From NCBI GenBank assembly GCA_002269645.1, contig NIVC01002818.1, positions 44,229-108,228 on the forward strand: DNA of 64,000 bases, in the 5' to 3' direction. Position 1 is the first letter of the stretch. Each line of letters begins with the position of its first letter. Below the pieces are notes generated by a model that had not been told where the DNA came from, made no database searches, and saw nothing but the letters and a program-made list of their open reading frames with translations. This DNA comes from Macrostomum lignano. Lineage: Eukaryota. The position numbers and the translations under genes are program-made. Below, piece by piece: positions 34,222-46,771 of the stretch.

Positions 34222-36179
34222 ACTGCGCGGTCTGAATCCACGGCGCAGCCAAAATGGCCAGGACTTTGTCAGAATTGTGAGAACGTGTCTCGCTAAATAG
34301 CATAGAATTGTCAGTAGTAGGCGTCAAAATATCTTTAAAATTTGAATCCACGAGTGGAACCAACCAACTAACAAATAATAACTTGATAGATGCTAGCATA
34401 AAAAACTGATGGAAGTTCAGAGAGTAACGTGGTGTAACAAGCAGTGTAACAAGCATAAGAAGCAGTCCAAATAACTCCTAACTTGCATGTTACTTAAAAC
34501 TGCCTAGCTGTCTATATCCTTGCAGTCTTACTTTCATTTTTTATTTCTTGATTTTCGTTTTATCCATCTGCAGTTTCCGTTGTTTGCTGAAAATTAAAGA
34601 AATCTTGAAAAAAGTTTTGCTGCTCCCAATATCGATTTTCAAGACTGAGACAAAAGCAAAGGGTAATAAAGGCCTATAGCCGTTACTACAGCAAACAAAG
34701 GCTCTGTTCTGCTTGTTTGCTTCCCCCTAATAGAGCGACTTTTTCTATAGCTGGGAACAATTTTCACAACTAAGGAAGTCGAACTTCCGATCACGGGGTT
34801 CTGTCTGTCGATTGGGCCTTGAAAAACTTTCCCCAGAAAAAGTATCAGTAGTCATGAGTTAAAACGGACCAGAGAGACTCCACACCGGTTTGCGGCTAGT
34901 GAACCCGGGCATGCATAAAACTGAAGCCAAGTGTTGTTTCAGTTGATTGAAAAGTTGCCTTAAACAAAGTCTATTTTTAAGGCAAACTTGTATTTGCAGT
35001 GTTCTTGGTACAATTAATTTTGTTCAGCGATCAGGTCAGCTAAAAACGTCACCCAACCCAACCTTATTTATTAACGCCAGTCACTCTTGTTAACGCTTTG
35101 CATTCTGCCGTTTAGTTATTTTTTCTCTATCCTGTCAGCGTGCAGCACATTCTTCAATAATTTTGATTTTCCACCACCTGTTTTTACGAACAGCGCGATC
35201 TAAAAAGTCACGTATGTCAGCTTTTTATTCTGCACTTGGATAAAAATTTATGTTGCCTAAGGCGAGCCCAGAATCGTATCTTATCCTGACTGACAGCCTT
35301 TTAAGTACCATTTATTAAATTAACTCAGCTTCAATTCTATACTTTATTTTCTCGATTTCGTTACGTTAAGTCTAATGTTTAATTTTTTAACCCACTTATT
35401 TTGTCCCTCTAAATGAGTAACAAATTTTTCTTTAAATTTCTGGGCTGGCATGTAGCCAGCCTCTAAAGTATCTGTTTTCACTCCTTATGGATATACTCGT
35501 ACATGCGTAATTATGCATCTTTGCCTTCATATCGTCGGCCAACTATCCTGTTATTGATCTTGATATTATATACCTTACGTCTATAGCCCAGTCAATTCTG
35601 TCGGTTGCTTGAAGTCAAAGTAATGAAAACTATTCTATATTATACTTTATATTCTACGAGTATATTCTAAAAAACTCTGCCTTCAATTTATTTATACATT
35701 ACTACATCAAGTGCTACACGTTTCCGACTTACGAACTATCCTGTGAAACAAACATGGCAACAAGTGCAACACAAAATTGCTGTCATTCAATGCAAACTGC
35801 ATGGACTGTTTCTCAGTAGAAACATCGAGTGAAATTTTACTTAAAAAGTTTCCTACTGATGAATTACTACTGGCCAACTGGCTACAAAATCAATCTCGTG
35901 GGTCTCGATTGCAATCCGAAATGAGTTTACGGGCGCGCTCTCTGCACTTCATCCCGACAACAAGCTTATCACAGACTATCAGGACGGCAATCCTCGCTAG
36001 AAAAGGATATAGTTTAAACACAGCTGCACACCGATGACATGCCATCTTAATTCACCAAAGCAGCCACCAGTTTTAAGATGAGATGGGCTAAAATTGAGGC
36101 ACCGGAAAAGACGGATTGGTATGGTACGGCATTTTTATTATGAGAGTTTTATATTCCAGACTGATGTCTGATGTCCTCT

Positions 36180-36265
36180 ATGCCTGATGTGTCTGATGTG
36201 TCTGATGTGCCTGATGTACCTGAAGTGCCTGAAGTGCCTGAAGTGCCTGATGTGCGCTCTGATGT
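36180..36265 (+). repeat. 9-bp microsatellite (CTGA(T/A)GTG(C/T))
   Basis: About 9 units, expanded from a CTGATGTGCC motif present once in the paralogous spacer (~25488). Confidence 0.85.
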
Positions 36266-36516
36266 GTCTCTCGCGCAGTTAACGACATTTGAGGGCCAAC
36301 CATAATGTGCACAGTAAAGTGTACATGCCTAACGGTAAATAAAGTTAGGGCCGCTATGCCGCTATACACTCCTGTGTGAGTGTGCGTAAGACTGCGTACG
36401 TATCCATGCGCTTGTGTGTCTGCTAAGGAGAGTCGGCCAAACGGGCAGTAATGCCTCCCGCCGGTTGTGTGGCAATGTCGCTTTAAAGTGCGTCAGGGGT
36501 GCCCAAGGGTCTCTTA

Positions 36517-37185
36517 CCGCTTTTGACGCTCTAGATAAGACTTTAGACATTCAAAATAAGACTGCATAGGATCGCAAGCAAGGCCAGGCTAGCCACGGCC
36601 AGATCAAGCTTAGTCTTGGCTGCAGGAATGGCTTGGCCATAGACTAAAAAATGGAATATCAAAATGAGAATAAGACGCTCAATATAAGACTGAGTGTGAA
36701 AGCCTTCAGATATCGCTCTAACCCTCTGACCCTCAGCCAGCTCTCCTTCTTCACCCCTTGGGTTGCATCTGACCCCTTGGATTTCACTGTGATGGCACCA
36801 TCGATTCCTGCAGCAGACCGTCAGCGTCTGATCGACGCAGTAAACAATAGATCAACCATCCTAGCTGCCGCTCAAATTCTCAAGATCAAGAGAGCGTCCG
36901 CCTTTAGGATCGCTGCGGAGTTCCGCCTCCATGGCAGAGTTCTGCTTCTTGTTTATTGCCTAATTTCTCCTTAGCTGTTTGTAAATAAATAAATAAATTA
37001 CGTTCACTCCCGGTCTCATATTGAGCGTCTTATTCTCATTTTGATATTCCATTTTTAGTCTATGGCCAAGCCATTCCTGCAGCCAAGACTGGGCTTGCTC
37101 TGGCCGTGGCTAGCCTGGCCTTGCTTGCGATCCTATGCAGTCTTATTTTGAATGTCTAAAGTCTTATCTAGAGCGTCAAAAGCGA
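36517..37185 (+). mobile_element. Non-autonomous Tc1/mariner-superfamily deletion derivative with ~184-bp TIRs
   Basis: 36517-36700 and 37003-37185 are reverse complements; TA TSD. The interior encodes an HTH-like N-terminus MAPSIPAADRQRLIDAVNNRSTILAAAQILKIKRASAFRIAAEFRLHGRV followed by AATAAA repeats. The element is absent from the paralogous A spacer. Confidence 0.8.
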
Positions 37186-38442
37186 TACTAGAGACAGCCT
37201 GCTGTCTCTAAAAAATGTCTAGATTTCTATGCTACATACACAAGCGATATTAATTAGCGGCTGCTGTGTGTACTTTTATTCGTCTGCTCCAATCAACATC
37301 CTTATAAAAAAGATTTCGACTTCTTTAAGCTCGAAAGCTTAAAATTTGCTATCTGTCCCTCATTACGAGCTATGCAAAACTTCTACAATGTTTGGTTGGG
37401 TGAATCAATCACAAACCTGCAATCTTTTTACTATCAGCAGGATGGCCGGTCATGCAGTATTGCGAGCCTGTGGTTCTGCGATTATTATGAGCCTTTCATA
37501 AAGCAACAAGGTAACAAACTATCAAATGCATAATCAATCTAGGAACAGCTTGCAGGTGGCAACAACATCCGAGCCCTTCTGCCCACACCCAGTGCCGGAG
37601 GTGCCGATAACGCTGGCACCCCATAATTTGCCGGTGACCCAGTCTAGAAGTTGTTGCTCCAGTTGCTCCATCAAATTAAAAAATTCAAACGTCCAGTACT
37701 AACGCCTTTGGGTTTGAACAAATAGGCACTAACAGAATTTTTTTATTTGAGAATAACCAACGGACAAGACAAGGTGATCCCGTAGCCTTTAGTCGCAGGA
37801 CGGAGAATGCCGCATGTCCTGTATCAGCAAGTGGTTGATCTGTAGAGGCGCAGCAGCTCACTCGCTTGTGAGAAAATGACAAGGCAAGGTCTTTCCCACA
37901 AAAGTGAATTGTGGTGCGACTTTGCAGTGAAATAAAGCCTAACTCCCTGGCGCCAGGCCCGAATGGGAGTTTTCCTCAATAGCTGTGGGCCGGAAAAGTA
38001 GAGAGAAACTTGGACAGATGATTCCCATCTGTGAAGATATAGCGTAGAACAATGCTATTCACAAAGGAGGCCTATGCGCTGACAATAGCCATTGTGGTGA
38101 GCTGAAGCAGACCGGGGGATCGGACTGTTCTGCCATCCGGTCACACCTGCCTGTGGGTGAATCGGATGCCCGCCATGAAAACCCCGACTGAAATTCTGAG
38201 GGAAAAGCCTCACCAAAGTTTTTACAACCGATAGCAGGTATTTTTAGTCTCACACACGAAACAATTTGCATTAATTTTGCATACATTTGCTTACTGCGGC
38301 TCTCAAGAATTCACTGTTAAATCTCAAAAAGCAGAGTCAAAGAGCAAACAGATGCAGATACAGAGGCAGCCCCATCTCAAATAATGAGCCTTCGTCTATG
38401 AACTGCTTTACTTATTTTCATGGTTTTCACTCTCTCCCTTTT

Positions 38443-38725
38443 GCACGGACAGTGCTTGACTAGATTGACTAGACTAGACCAGACAGTGCTTGACTAGATT
38501 GACTGGACTAGACAGTGCTTGACTAGATTGACTAGACTAGACTAGACAGTGCTTGACTAGATTGACTGGACTAGACTAGACAGTGCTTGACTAGATTGAC
38601 TGGACTAGACTAGACAGTGCTTGACTAGATTGACTAGACTAGACAGTGCTTGACTAGATTGACTAGACTAGACCAGACAGTGCTTGACTAGATTGACTAG
38701 ACTAGACTAGATAGAGCTTGACTAG
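38443..38725 (+). repeat. Compound repeat GACAGTGCTTGACTAGATT(GACTA)n
   Basis: About 8 units with variable numbers of GACTA pentamers. Confidence 0.95.
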
Positions 38726-39070
38726 AATTTTGATTAACAGTAGAACAACTACCAAGAGGGGGATTACCCCCGGACATTTTTTTGCTGCGCCGGAACGGAG
38801 CAACGCAGGCACACGAAATTCAAGAACATGAGCCAACTTTTTGTTGCGCACCTTCTTAAACGAGAATCGAGTCGCCAGCCTTTGGAACCGTCGAGATATT
38901 CGGCGATTCTGCCAGAAGGTCGGATTTTTCCTGTAAGCGCCAGTGTATTCAGTACACCCATGTGCGCCAATGAGCCCCGCGCCTCAGTGCAGCCTTGCCA
39001 AGTCTCCAAATTTAATCAGTACATCGATCACATGTGTCTGCATCAAAACTGACTTCGTTGGTCACTAGCC

Positions 39071-39432
39071 TTCACCCAGGCGGAGCTCCTGGACCTTCAA
39101 CAGGTGACACCAGGAGACTATAAACCCTGATGCGAATTTCTCTAGTTTTTTTATCAAACCTCGATAATGGGCAAGCATCAACTGCTGGATATCCTCAGCT
39201 AGTCTCTCAAGCATTCCTTCATCACCCCGACGCCGTCGGCTCCTTCAACAGATGACACCAGGGACTATGAGCACCCTGATGCGAATTTCTCCAGTTTCGA
39301 CGATCAAGCCTCGACAGTGGGCAAGCCTCAATTGCTGAACATCCTCAGCTAGTCTCTCAAGCATTCCGTCATCACCCCGACGCTGTCTTAACCCAGGCGG
39401 AGCTCCTGGACCTTCAACAGGTGGCACCAGGC
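39071..39432 (+). repeat. Imperfect 150-170-bp tandem duplication, about 2.3 copies
   Basis: CCTTCAACAG at 39094, 39242 and 39411; ATCCTCAGCTAGTCTCTCAAGCATTCC occurs twice. Confidence 0.8.
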
Positions 39433-40502
39433 GAGTAAGGACACTCGAGCTAGCGAATAGCGAATCGGCCCAAAAAGAAGAAGTTGAACCTTCTCCGGCC
39501 AGGAATTGATCGTACAAACCAGCGACTTGGACTACGAGGTGCTGCTGCCCAGAAGTTGAAGTCCACTGCTTGAGTCGCTACCGGCTGCATTCTGAGGCAA
39601 AGCCGGATTCGAGAGTGGGTTGGCCAGGTTTGAGGTGCCCTGTCAAAAGTCGTACCACAGCAGGTTTTGAGCGAAGCTATAAGCGTCAGTTAAGGGAATA
39701 TGTCAATGAGGTGTCATCAGGTGAGGTGGGCCGCCATGAGGAATGTCTGGGTTGCCATAAGAAAAGCCATGAAGTGTGCTGAGGACAAATTATTCATCGG
39801 TCGGAAATTCACAATAGCGTCAGAACAAACGCCGCCGGTTTTTCAATACATGTGTATTGAGTACAGTTTCTCATTTTTTTGTTATTGCTGTTGCCATTGT
39901 CAAATTGATTCACCTACCAGACGCAAAGAAGTACTCAATCGCTAACTAACGAGCCGAACAAAAGGGAAAATTAGGGTGAGCAGGGTGGAATGCTGAGTGG
40001 GAATGGCCGACTAAACTGTGTCAGAGGGTGGCTTGCTTCAGTGCCTTGCTTCAGAAACAGTTATTCGGCTAAGTAAAGCCAGATAGAACTGGGTAACCAT
40101 TTGGAAGCCAAAGGCCTGCACCGCAGGCAATACCGAAACGGCCCAAAAACCCAGAGGTTCAAAAATGTTTATGACATCAAAAACCATCTCCACAATCACT
40201 AAAGCAAGTGCCCATTGTGGCACTTGCATGACTGATTTAAAGAAGTTCATCATGTATTTCCATTATGTTTTGACTCCAATGATAAAGGTGAAATAAGCAT
40301 GCACAGTGAAAATACGCGGAGATGCACAAATGTATGGTCGTATTAAATAAAGCTTACTTTAACCACTTTACTCATCTATCATAACTAGGATTAAATAAAT
40401 GCAAAAATTTAACCGGTTACAAACGAAACAAGTCTTGAAAAGAAAAGTGCAACAGGTTTCAAGTTTGGGAGACGCCAATGCAGCTGGATTGCAAGTGGGA
40501 CT

Positions 40503-40667
40503 TCAATGTGTCTCGTGCCAGATTCTGAAGCATGGATCTGGGTGGAGACCAGGATTTCCGGGACGTTGGTTGCAGCGAAATAGTGTCCTCTTAGCTAGAA
40601 CGTCAGGTTTCAAAGAGCACATTCGGCATCGTTTGCTTTGGCGAGCCTGGGCTTCCGTTGCTGGGAG
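40503..40667 (-). pseudogene. piggyBac-like transposase C-terminal cysteine-rich domain remnant (continues at 47268-47340)
   Basis: Removing the insertion restores HLPMRLPATEAQARQSKRCRMC...RTLFRC.Q.PGNPGLHPDPCFRIWH, the PGBD-type CRD pattern. Confidence 0.75.
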
Positions 40668-41321
40668 GAGGGGGGGGGGAATCACGAATCCGAAAAATCA
40701 CAACTCCTGTTAAAGAAATAATCAAGTCTAATAAATCTGAGGGTTAGACTTTAACAAAAAAACAGGTAAATGAGCCCTGTGGCTAAATTATTGCTTATAT
40801 ATTAAATTAAATCGATGTTCTCTCTCTCCAACTCTCTGACTCAACAACGCCTCACGCACATCAACCCCACCCCAACACACTCTGAGACGGGGACCGCCAA
40901 GTGTACACTGGCGACGCTACACATAGCAGAGGGTCGGTACGCAGGCACTCCAAATCCAATACACTCCCCCTAATGATGCTTCATCATTACAGTACTTAAC
41001 ATTGATATTCGAAAAAGGAAACTCGCTATTAACTTAAATGAAATTAAACGAAACGAATAGCAAAAAACAAACGAACAACAAAAAACGCTCCAACATTACA
41101 ACAGACTTGATGACTAAAAATGTGACACACCATCACCAGAGTACTGAGTTAACGAAAAAGTAGGAACAAAGGGAAAACGAAACTCAAAAAAAACGCGTGA
41201 AGTCGGAGGGCTCCGGAGGGCTCGGAGGGCTCTCGGAGGGAGTGAAAATTACTGCGAACTAAAACTAAACAGAAACTCGAAACAACGATTAGAACAGTCA
41301 TTGAAAGTCAGTTACTTAAGT

Positions 41322-44300
41322 TCATTCAGTCACAGCTTCCAGCAAAATCAGGTTCTTCACCGGTCGGCGAATCAAGCATCTCCTGGGACCGCGGCCAGGT
41401 CTGGGCGCGACTCGAACCGTTGCAGATCTCACCGCCCCGTCTCGGCCAGGATGCACCGACTCGATGACACCGGTACACCAGGTAAGCCTCGGCTGCCCGG
41501 CCTCACCTTTCACCAGGACGATGTCGCCGGCCGTAGCTTCTCGAGTTACGCCATGCTTGGGACTTAGATTATGTTCTCGCAGGCTGGTCAGATACTGTCG
41601 CTCCCAGCAGTCCCAGAAGGCTTGCAGTCTGGCGCGCATTCGCCTCAGCAGTGTTGGCAACGGCAGCAGGAGCTCGGGCGTACCGCTAGAAGTTGGCTCC
41701 GCCGTCAGCCGTTGCAGGACCAGAAAGTGCGCCGGCGTCAGGACTTCTCCGTTGGTTTCGGCATCCACGTAGAGTAGAGGCCGACTGTTGAGCACCGCTT
41801 CCACCTCCATTAGCACTGTCCGCAGTTCGTCCAGCGTCAGGGTTGCGTTGAGGATGGTCTTGCGCAAAGCCAACTTGATGTCCCTCATCAGTCGCTCCCA
41901 GAAGCCTCCTTGCCACGGTGCGCGTTCGACGATGAATTGCCAGGTGATTTTCCTGGTGGCGCAGAAGTCTTGAACTTGTCGACTCTCCGACGCCTGAAGT
42001 ATTTTGGCAGCCTTGGTGAATGTCTTGGCGTTGTCACTGATGAGATTGGGAATTCCTCTCCGAGCACAGAACCGTCGGAGGGCTCGCAGGAAGGTCTCGG
42101 TCGTCAAGTCGCTCACCAGTTCCAGGTGAAGGGCTCGCGTGGCCGCACAGGTGAAAACCAGGATATAGCCTTTCTCGATCTCTGTGTCCTCCATCAGTTT
42201 GACAGGTCCGCAGTAGTCGAGTCCGCACCACTCAAAGGCTCTCCCAGACTTCACGCGTGCTTCAGGTAAGGCTGGGATTTGCTTCACTGCATATGGTAGT
42301 CCTTGAAGACGTCTGCAGACAAAGCAACTTCTCAGGATCGACTTGACTCGCTGTCTTCCTCTGATTAGCCAGAATCTCTCTCGCAGCTTACAAAGAGTGC
42401 TGGGCACTCCCCCGTGCAGAACCTTGGCGTGAGCGTCCCAGATGAGAAGAAGCTCCAGGTGTGACTTGCTCGGGATCAGAATCGGACAGTCAACCTCGGC
42501 AGAGGCGTTGGACTCCTTCAATCGACCTTGGCTTCGGAGAATACTCTTGTTGTCGAGAAAAAGATTCAACTGCCTGCTGAGATCTGTACTGGCCGCTGAC
42601 TCCTGAATGTGAGCAATTTCGGCTTGAAAACTCCGTTTCTGCACTTCTCGCAGCCAGCGCTCTTCAGCTTCAAGGACTTCTGCTGCAGCCAGTGGTCCCA
42701 CTCGCTCCTCCCCCGCTGCAGAAGTTCTAGCTTGCAAGTTTCTGACGAAGCGTAGGACATAGGCTGTCACCCGAATCAGCTTGATCCAGGATGAGAAGTT
42801 CGTGTCATTGAGAACTTCCTGTAGACTGATGTCAGGACCGGCTTCAGTTAGCAGAACAACTGGACGGTTCGCTTGTGTCTTCTGCTCCTCGGCAACTGCC
42901 GCTGTCGGTAAGCTGAGAAAGGATTGGTCGGGCCAATCGTCAGGAGGTCGTGCCAGCCAGTCTGGACCGTGCCACCAGCTGTCGTCCGCCTTCAACTTGC
43001 TCGCTGATGTTCCTCGAGATGCAACGTCCGCCGGATTCTCCTCGCCTGGGACATGTCTCCAGGCATCCTCTGGCACCAGGCGGCGGATCTCCGTCACCCG
43101 ATTATGAACAAAGAGCTTCCAGGGTCTGTGCTGCCGGATCCAGTAGAGCGTGTCGGCACTGTCTGTCCAGCAAAACACCTGGCGAACCTGAGGATACTGA
43201 CTCATGGATGATGTCAACAGTCTGGCGAGTATCAAGGCACCCAGGAGTTCGAGCCGAGGAATTGAAAGAACCGACAGTGGAGCCACTCTCGCCTTGGCGG
43301 CCACCAGGTTGCAGCTGACGGAACCATCGGTGTACTGCACTCGCAGGTAAAGACACGCCGCATAGCATTTGATTGACGCATCACAGAACCCATGCAGCTG
43401 TATCTCCTCGACCTCCTTCGTCGCCGAAAGCACCAACCTTGGAACTTGAAATCGACCTGCCAGCATCTCCTGCAACCACTTCAGCCACTGCTGCTTAATC
43501 GGCTCCTTTAGCGGGCAGTCCCAAGCGATCTTTTCAACGCACAGCTTCTGGAACATCGATTTCGGCAACGTAAGCAGCGGAACCAGGAAGCCCAGAGGAT
43601 CGTAGACACGGGCCAGCAGCTGTAGCATGACACGCTTGGAGGGCGACGCCTTGAGCAAATCTTCTGGCGGAGAAAACTGCAGCACGAACACGTCCGATCC
43701 TGTCTCCCATCGCAGCCCGAGGACTTTTGACGATACGCCATCTTCGCCCAAGGAGGCGGCTGAATAGCTGGAGGGGTCCTCCGTGATGTCCTTCGTCACC
43801 GCCGACAACGCCGGAGCAAGAACATCACTGTCAAGTGTGCTGGCGCGAACCGCTTTCAATACATTCTTGCTGTTGGACTGCCAGTGTCGCAGATTCATTC
43901 CAGCCTGTTGGAATATGTGCCGTGATTTTTGGATGAGATCCAGGGCCTGCTGTTCATCCACGCACCCAGAGATCAGGTTGTCCACATAGATTTCTTTGGA
44001 CACCTTATCCACGAACTCTGCATGCTGGCCTCGGTGAGATGCCAAGTGGTGTTGAATGACAGTCTCCAGGACGGCAGGTGAGCAGGTGAGTCCGAACACC
44101 AGAGCAGCGTAGCGCAGAACAACGAGAGGTGAATCAGCTTGACTGGGATCCCGTGGCCAGAGGAATCGTAGAGCATCGCGGTCGTCTTCTGCAATTCGGA
44201 TCTGCAAAAAAGCCTTCTCAATATCGGCAGTCAAGGCGATCGGATGAAGTCGAAATGCCTGAAGCAGTCGCGGAATCTCGGCCAACGAACAGGTTCCTGT

Positions 44301-46012
44301 TTCCAGACAGTCATTCAGCGATGGACTGCACTGATCTCGCTTGGCACTCGCGTCGAAAACCACTCGAACTTTGGTCGATTCAGCTTCAGGACGGATTACG
44401 GCTCGGTGGGGTAGGTAGTGGATGAGATCGCTGGTCCCATCTGGAGCTTCTTCGACTACGCCAGCTTCCTTCTGACTGGTCAGAATGCGGTGGTACTCCT
44501 GAAGTAGCGCAGGCTCACGACGCAGCCTCGTCAGATTGGTCTTTAGTCTCTTGAACGCTACCTCGAAGTTGTCGGGCAATCTTAATTCCTTTTTGGGAAT
44601 CTTCCACGGCAGCTGAACTGAGTAGCGACCCTCTTGGAACTGGGCATTCAGAGTCAGTGGACGCTGATCAGGCTCGGCTGCACTTCTGATGCCGAGACCT
44701 TCTAAAGTCCAGAACGCCTCGATGGTGCTGCTGTCCAGACCTTTCTCCGCTCCTTGAGCACAGCAGAGAAGAACCTGCTCTGACCTGGTCTCTAGCTCAC
44801 TTGCGGCGATCCCATCTGACAGTGACCCGCACAGCAACCAACCGAGCTGACTGGATACGGCAACTGGACCGGAGCCGACCTCTGAGCGAATCACTTGACC
44901 TGTGACGAGGTCGTAGAATTGGTCAGCTCCGATGAGGATACTGATCTCGGGATTCTGTTCACCACCGATGTCCCAGTCTGCCATGTCGAGGTGTTGAAAG
45001 TGCTTCATGCACAAGCTGCTGACAACTGGCTGATGAGAGCAGATGTAAGGCACTGTGTTGGCGCGCACTGTGAACTGGGCGGTGCTGTCAGATTTCCGAA
45101 GCTTGAACTCGACCATCGCAGTCTGCAGCACCTTGGCCTCTGTGCCACCGAATGTTGTCACCTCCATCGTCTCTCTGCCCATGACCTGGAGCCCCATCTT
45201 CTCAGCCAAGCTGGTCAAGATGAACGAACGGTTGCTTGCAGAGTCAAAGAGAATTCGCACCGGAGTCTCCTGATTGTTAACAGTCGAAATCAGTACAGCT
45301 CCCGCTGTTGGAAGGATCACTGTTTGAGCTTTTGTCACCATAGCCATGGTCTTCACTTCTTGACTCTTCACATTCTGTGCAGCAGCCTGCTCGGACTTCT
45401 TCCGGTCTTCTCCCACCTTTCCAAGTGTGGAGCCGGGTGCCTTCGGTCCATCCTTACCCTGCAGCTTCTCCATGCGTGCGCTACAGAGACTTGGGTGATG
45501 CTTCATCTGGCAGAATTCACATTGCTTCTTGTGGTAGCAGGTCTTGACGCTGTGTCCCTTGCAGAGACAGCTGAAGCAACGCCTCTGCTTCTTCAAAAAC
45601 TGGAGTCGTGCCGCAACGTCTACCAGGCGAGTGCACTTCTCTGGAGCATGTTCAGTTTCGCAGAAGGGACAAGCCGTGCTGACCTTTTTGACCTTCGTGT
45701 GAAGCGCAGCCACTGTGCCGCCATCCCTTGTCTGTTTCTCACCAGCAGTCTTGGACGCTCCATTGGAACCGGACGTCTGCCCTGCAGCTCCAACGGCCGC
45801 CTCCTCCCGGACTAAAATCTCCATTTCCAAGACCTGCAGAAACTCCGTCACAGAATCTAAGCCATTGCCATCCCTCATCTGCGACAAGCTGCTACCAAAG
45901 GAATAACCGACGGAAGCAATCCGAGCAGTTCTCAGCATCCCGAGACGAACGACTTCCGGCAGCTTCGCCAGCAAGTTGGGCAGCAACATGGACTCGTAAG
46001 ATTCGACACTCA
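41322..46012 (-). CDS. BEL/Pao gag C-terminus + pol polyprotein (zinc knuckles, aspartic protease, RT, RNase H, integrase, C-terminal DUF5641-like region)
   Basis: CPFC..EH...C, CFSC...GH...C, CEFC..KHH..LC; ILFDSAS; ADIEKAFLQI, YVDNL; HGFCDAS, WTDS; HAKVLH..C.VC, GLDYCGP, ISDNAKTF, WERLMRDIK; WDCWERQYL. The first ~76 codons of the listed 41322-46241 ORF are out-of-frame gag. Confidence 0.93.
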
Positions 46013-46771
46013 CCCGAGATTCGTCAGACTGCGGACATTTCCATTGACTTGGTCGTAGAAATTCCTCAGGTGCTGTGCCGACGAACTGGAGCAGGTCAGC
46101 ACCGAGAACTTTGCCAGGTGCTCGCGCACGGCTCCGTTGCGGGATCCAAATCGTCGTTGCAGGTTGTCGATGGCGATATGGTAGTTGTCCTTCGTGATGT
46201 TGAGACCAGCGATCGAGTTTCGGGCTTCCCCAGACAGACACGACTGCAGGTAGCTGAATTTGTCGACGACACTCAGGCTCGGGTTGTCATGGATACTGGA
46301 GTTGAAGCGGTCCCAGAATTCCGTCCATTGGGTCCGATCGCCACTGAATGACGGTGGCGGCAGTTTTGGCAACCTGATGGCAGTCTGAGTCCTTGTCGTT
46401 GAAGAATTCTCTTCCGAAGACTTGGACGAAGTCGTCGTCTGTATGGCTGTATTCTGCAGCAGATTTGTTGCCTGCGGCGTGCCGGTCCGCGCGGTCTGAA
46501 GCTCCTGGAGCCGTCTGGTGAGGTTCGAGATCAATTTGCCAGCCAGCAGGTCGTACTCCATTGTCGTCTCTGCTTCAGCCTGCACGTCCTTCTCGTCAAC
46601 CTCCGCGGCGAGCTCTTCATCTGCTGCTTGGAGCTGCTGCTTCTTGAACCGTAGAGCCTCTAGAAAGCTGTCGATTTCATCTTCAGCAGCATCTGTTTTG
46701 AGCAGGTCTTCGGCTTTCTGTGCCAGTCTGGTGACCGTCGCTCGTAACACGCCTCTCTTCCTGGAGTCCAT
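46010..46771 (-). CDS. BEL/Pao gag N-terminal part (DUF1759-like), separated from pol by a 1-nt frameshift
   Basis: RLPKLPPPSFSGDRTQWTEFWDRF.S.IH.N.SLS.VDKFSYL.SCLSGEA; ends ...LTNLG-TGA where pol continues VSVESYESMLLP. Confidence 0.9.
   Translation of the reverse strand: MDSRKRGVLRATVTRLAQKAEDLLKTDAAEDEIDSFLEALRFKKQQLQAADEELAAEVDEKDVQAEAETTMEYDLLAGKLISNLTRRLQELQTARTGTPQATNLLQNTAIQTTTSSKSSEENSSTTRTQTAIRLPKLPPPSFSGDRTQWTEFWDRFNSSIHDNPSLSVVDKFSYLQSCLSGEARNSIAGLNITKDNYHIAIDNLQRRFGSRNGAVREHLAKFSVLTCSSSSAQHLRNFYDQVNGNVRSLTNLG

Noticed and set aside
38730-40260. Coding remnants (KNPTFW..., FTQAELLDL...) as a gene or Chapaev-like transposase
   Set aside because: Short isolated matches broken by stops, with no consistent domain order.
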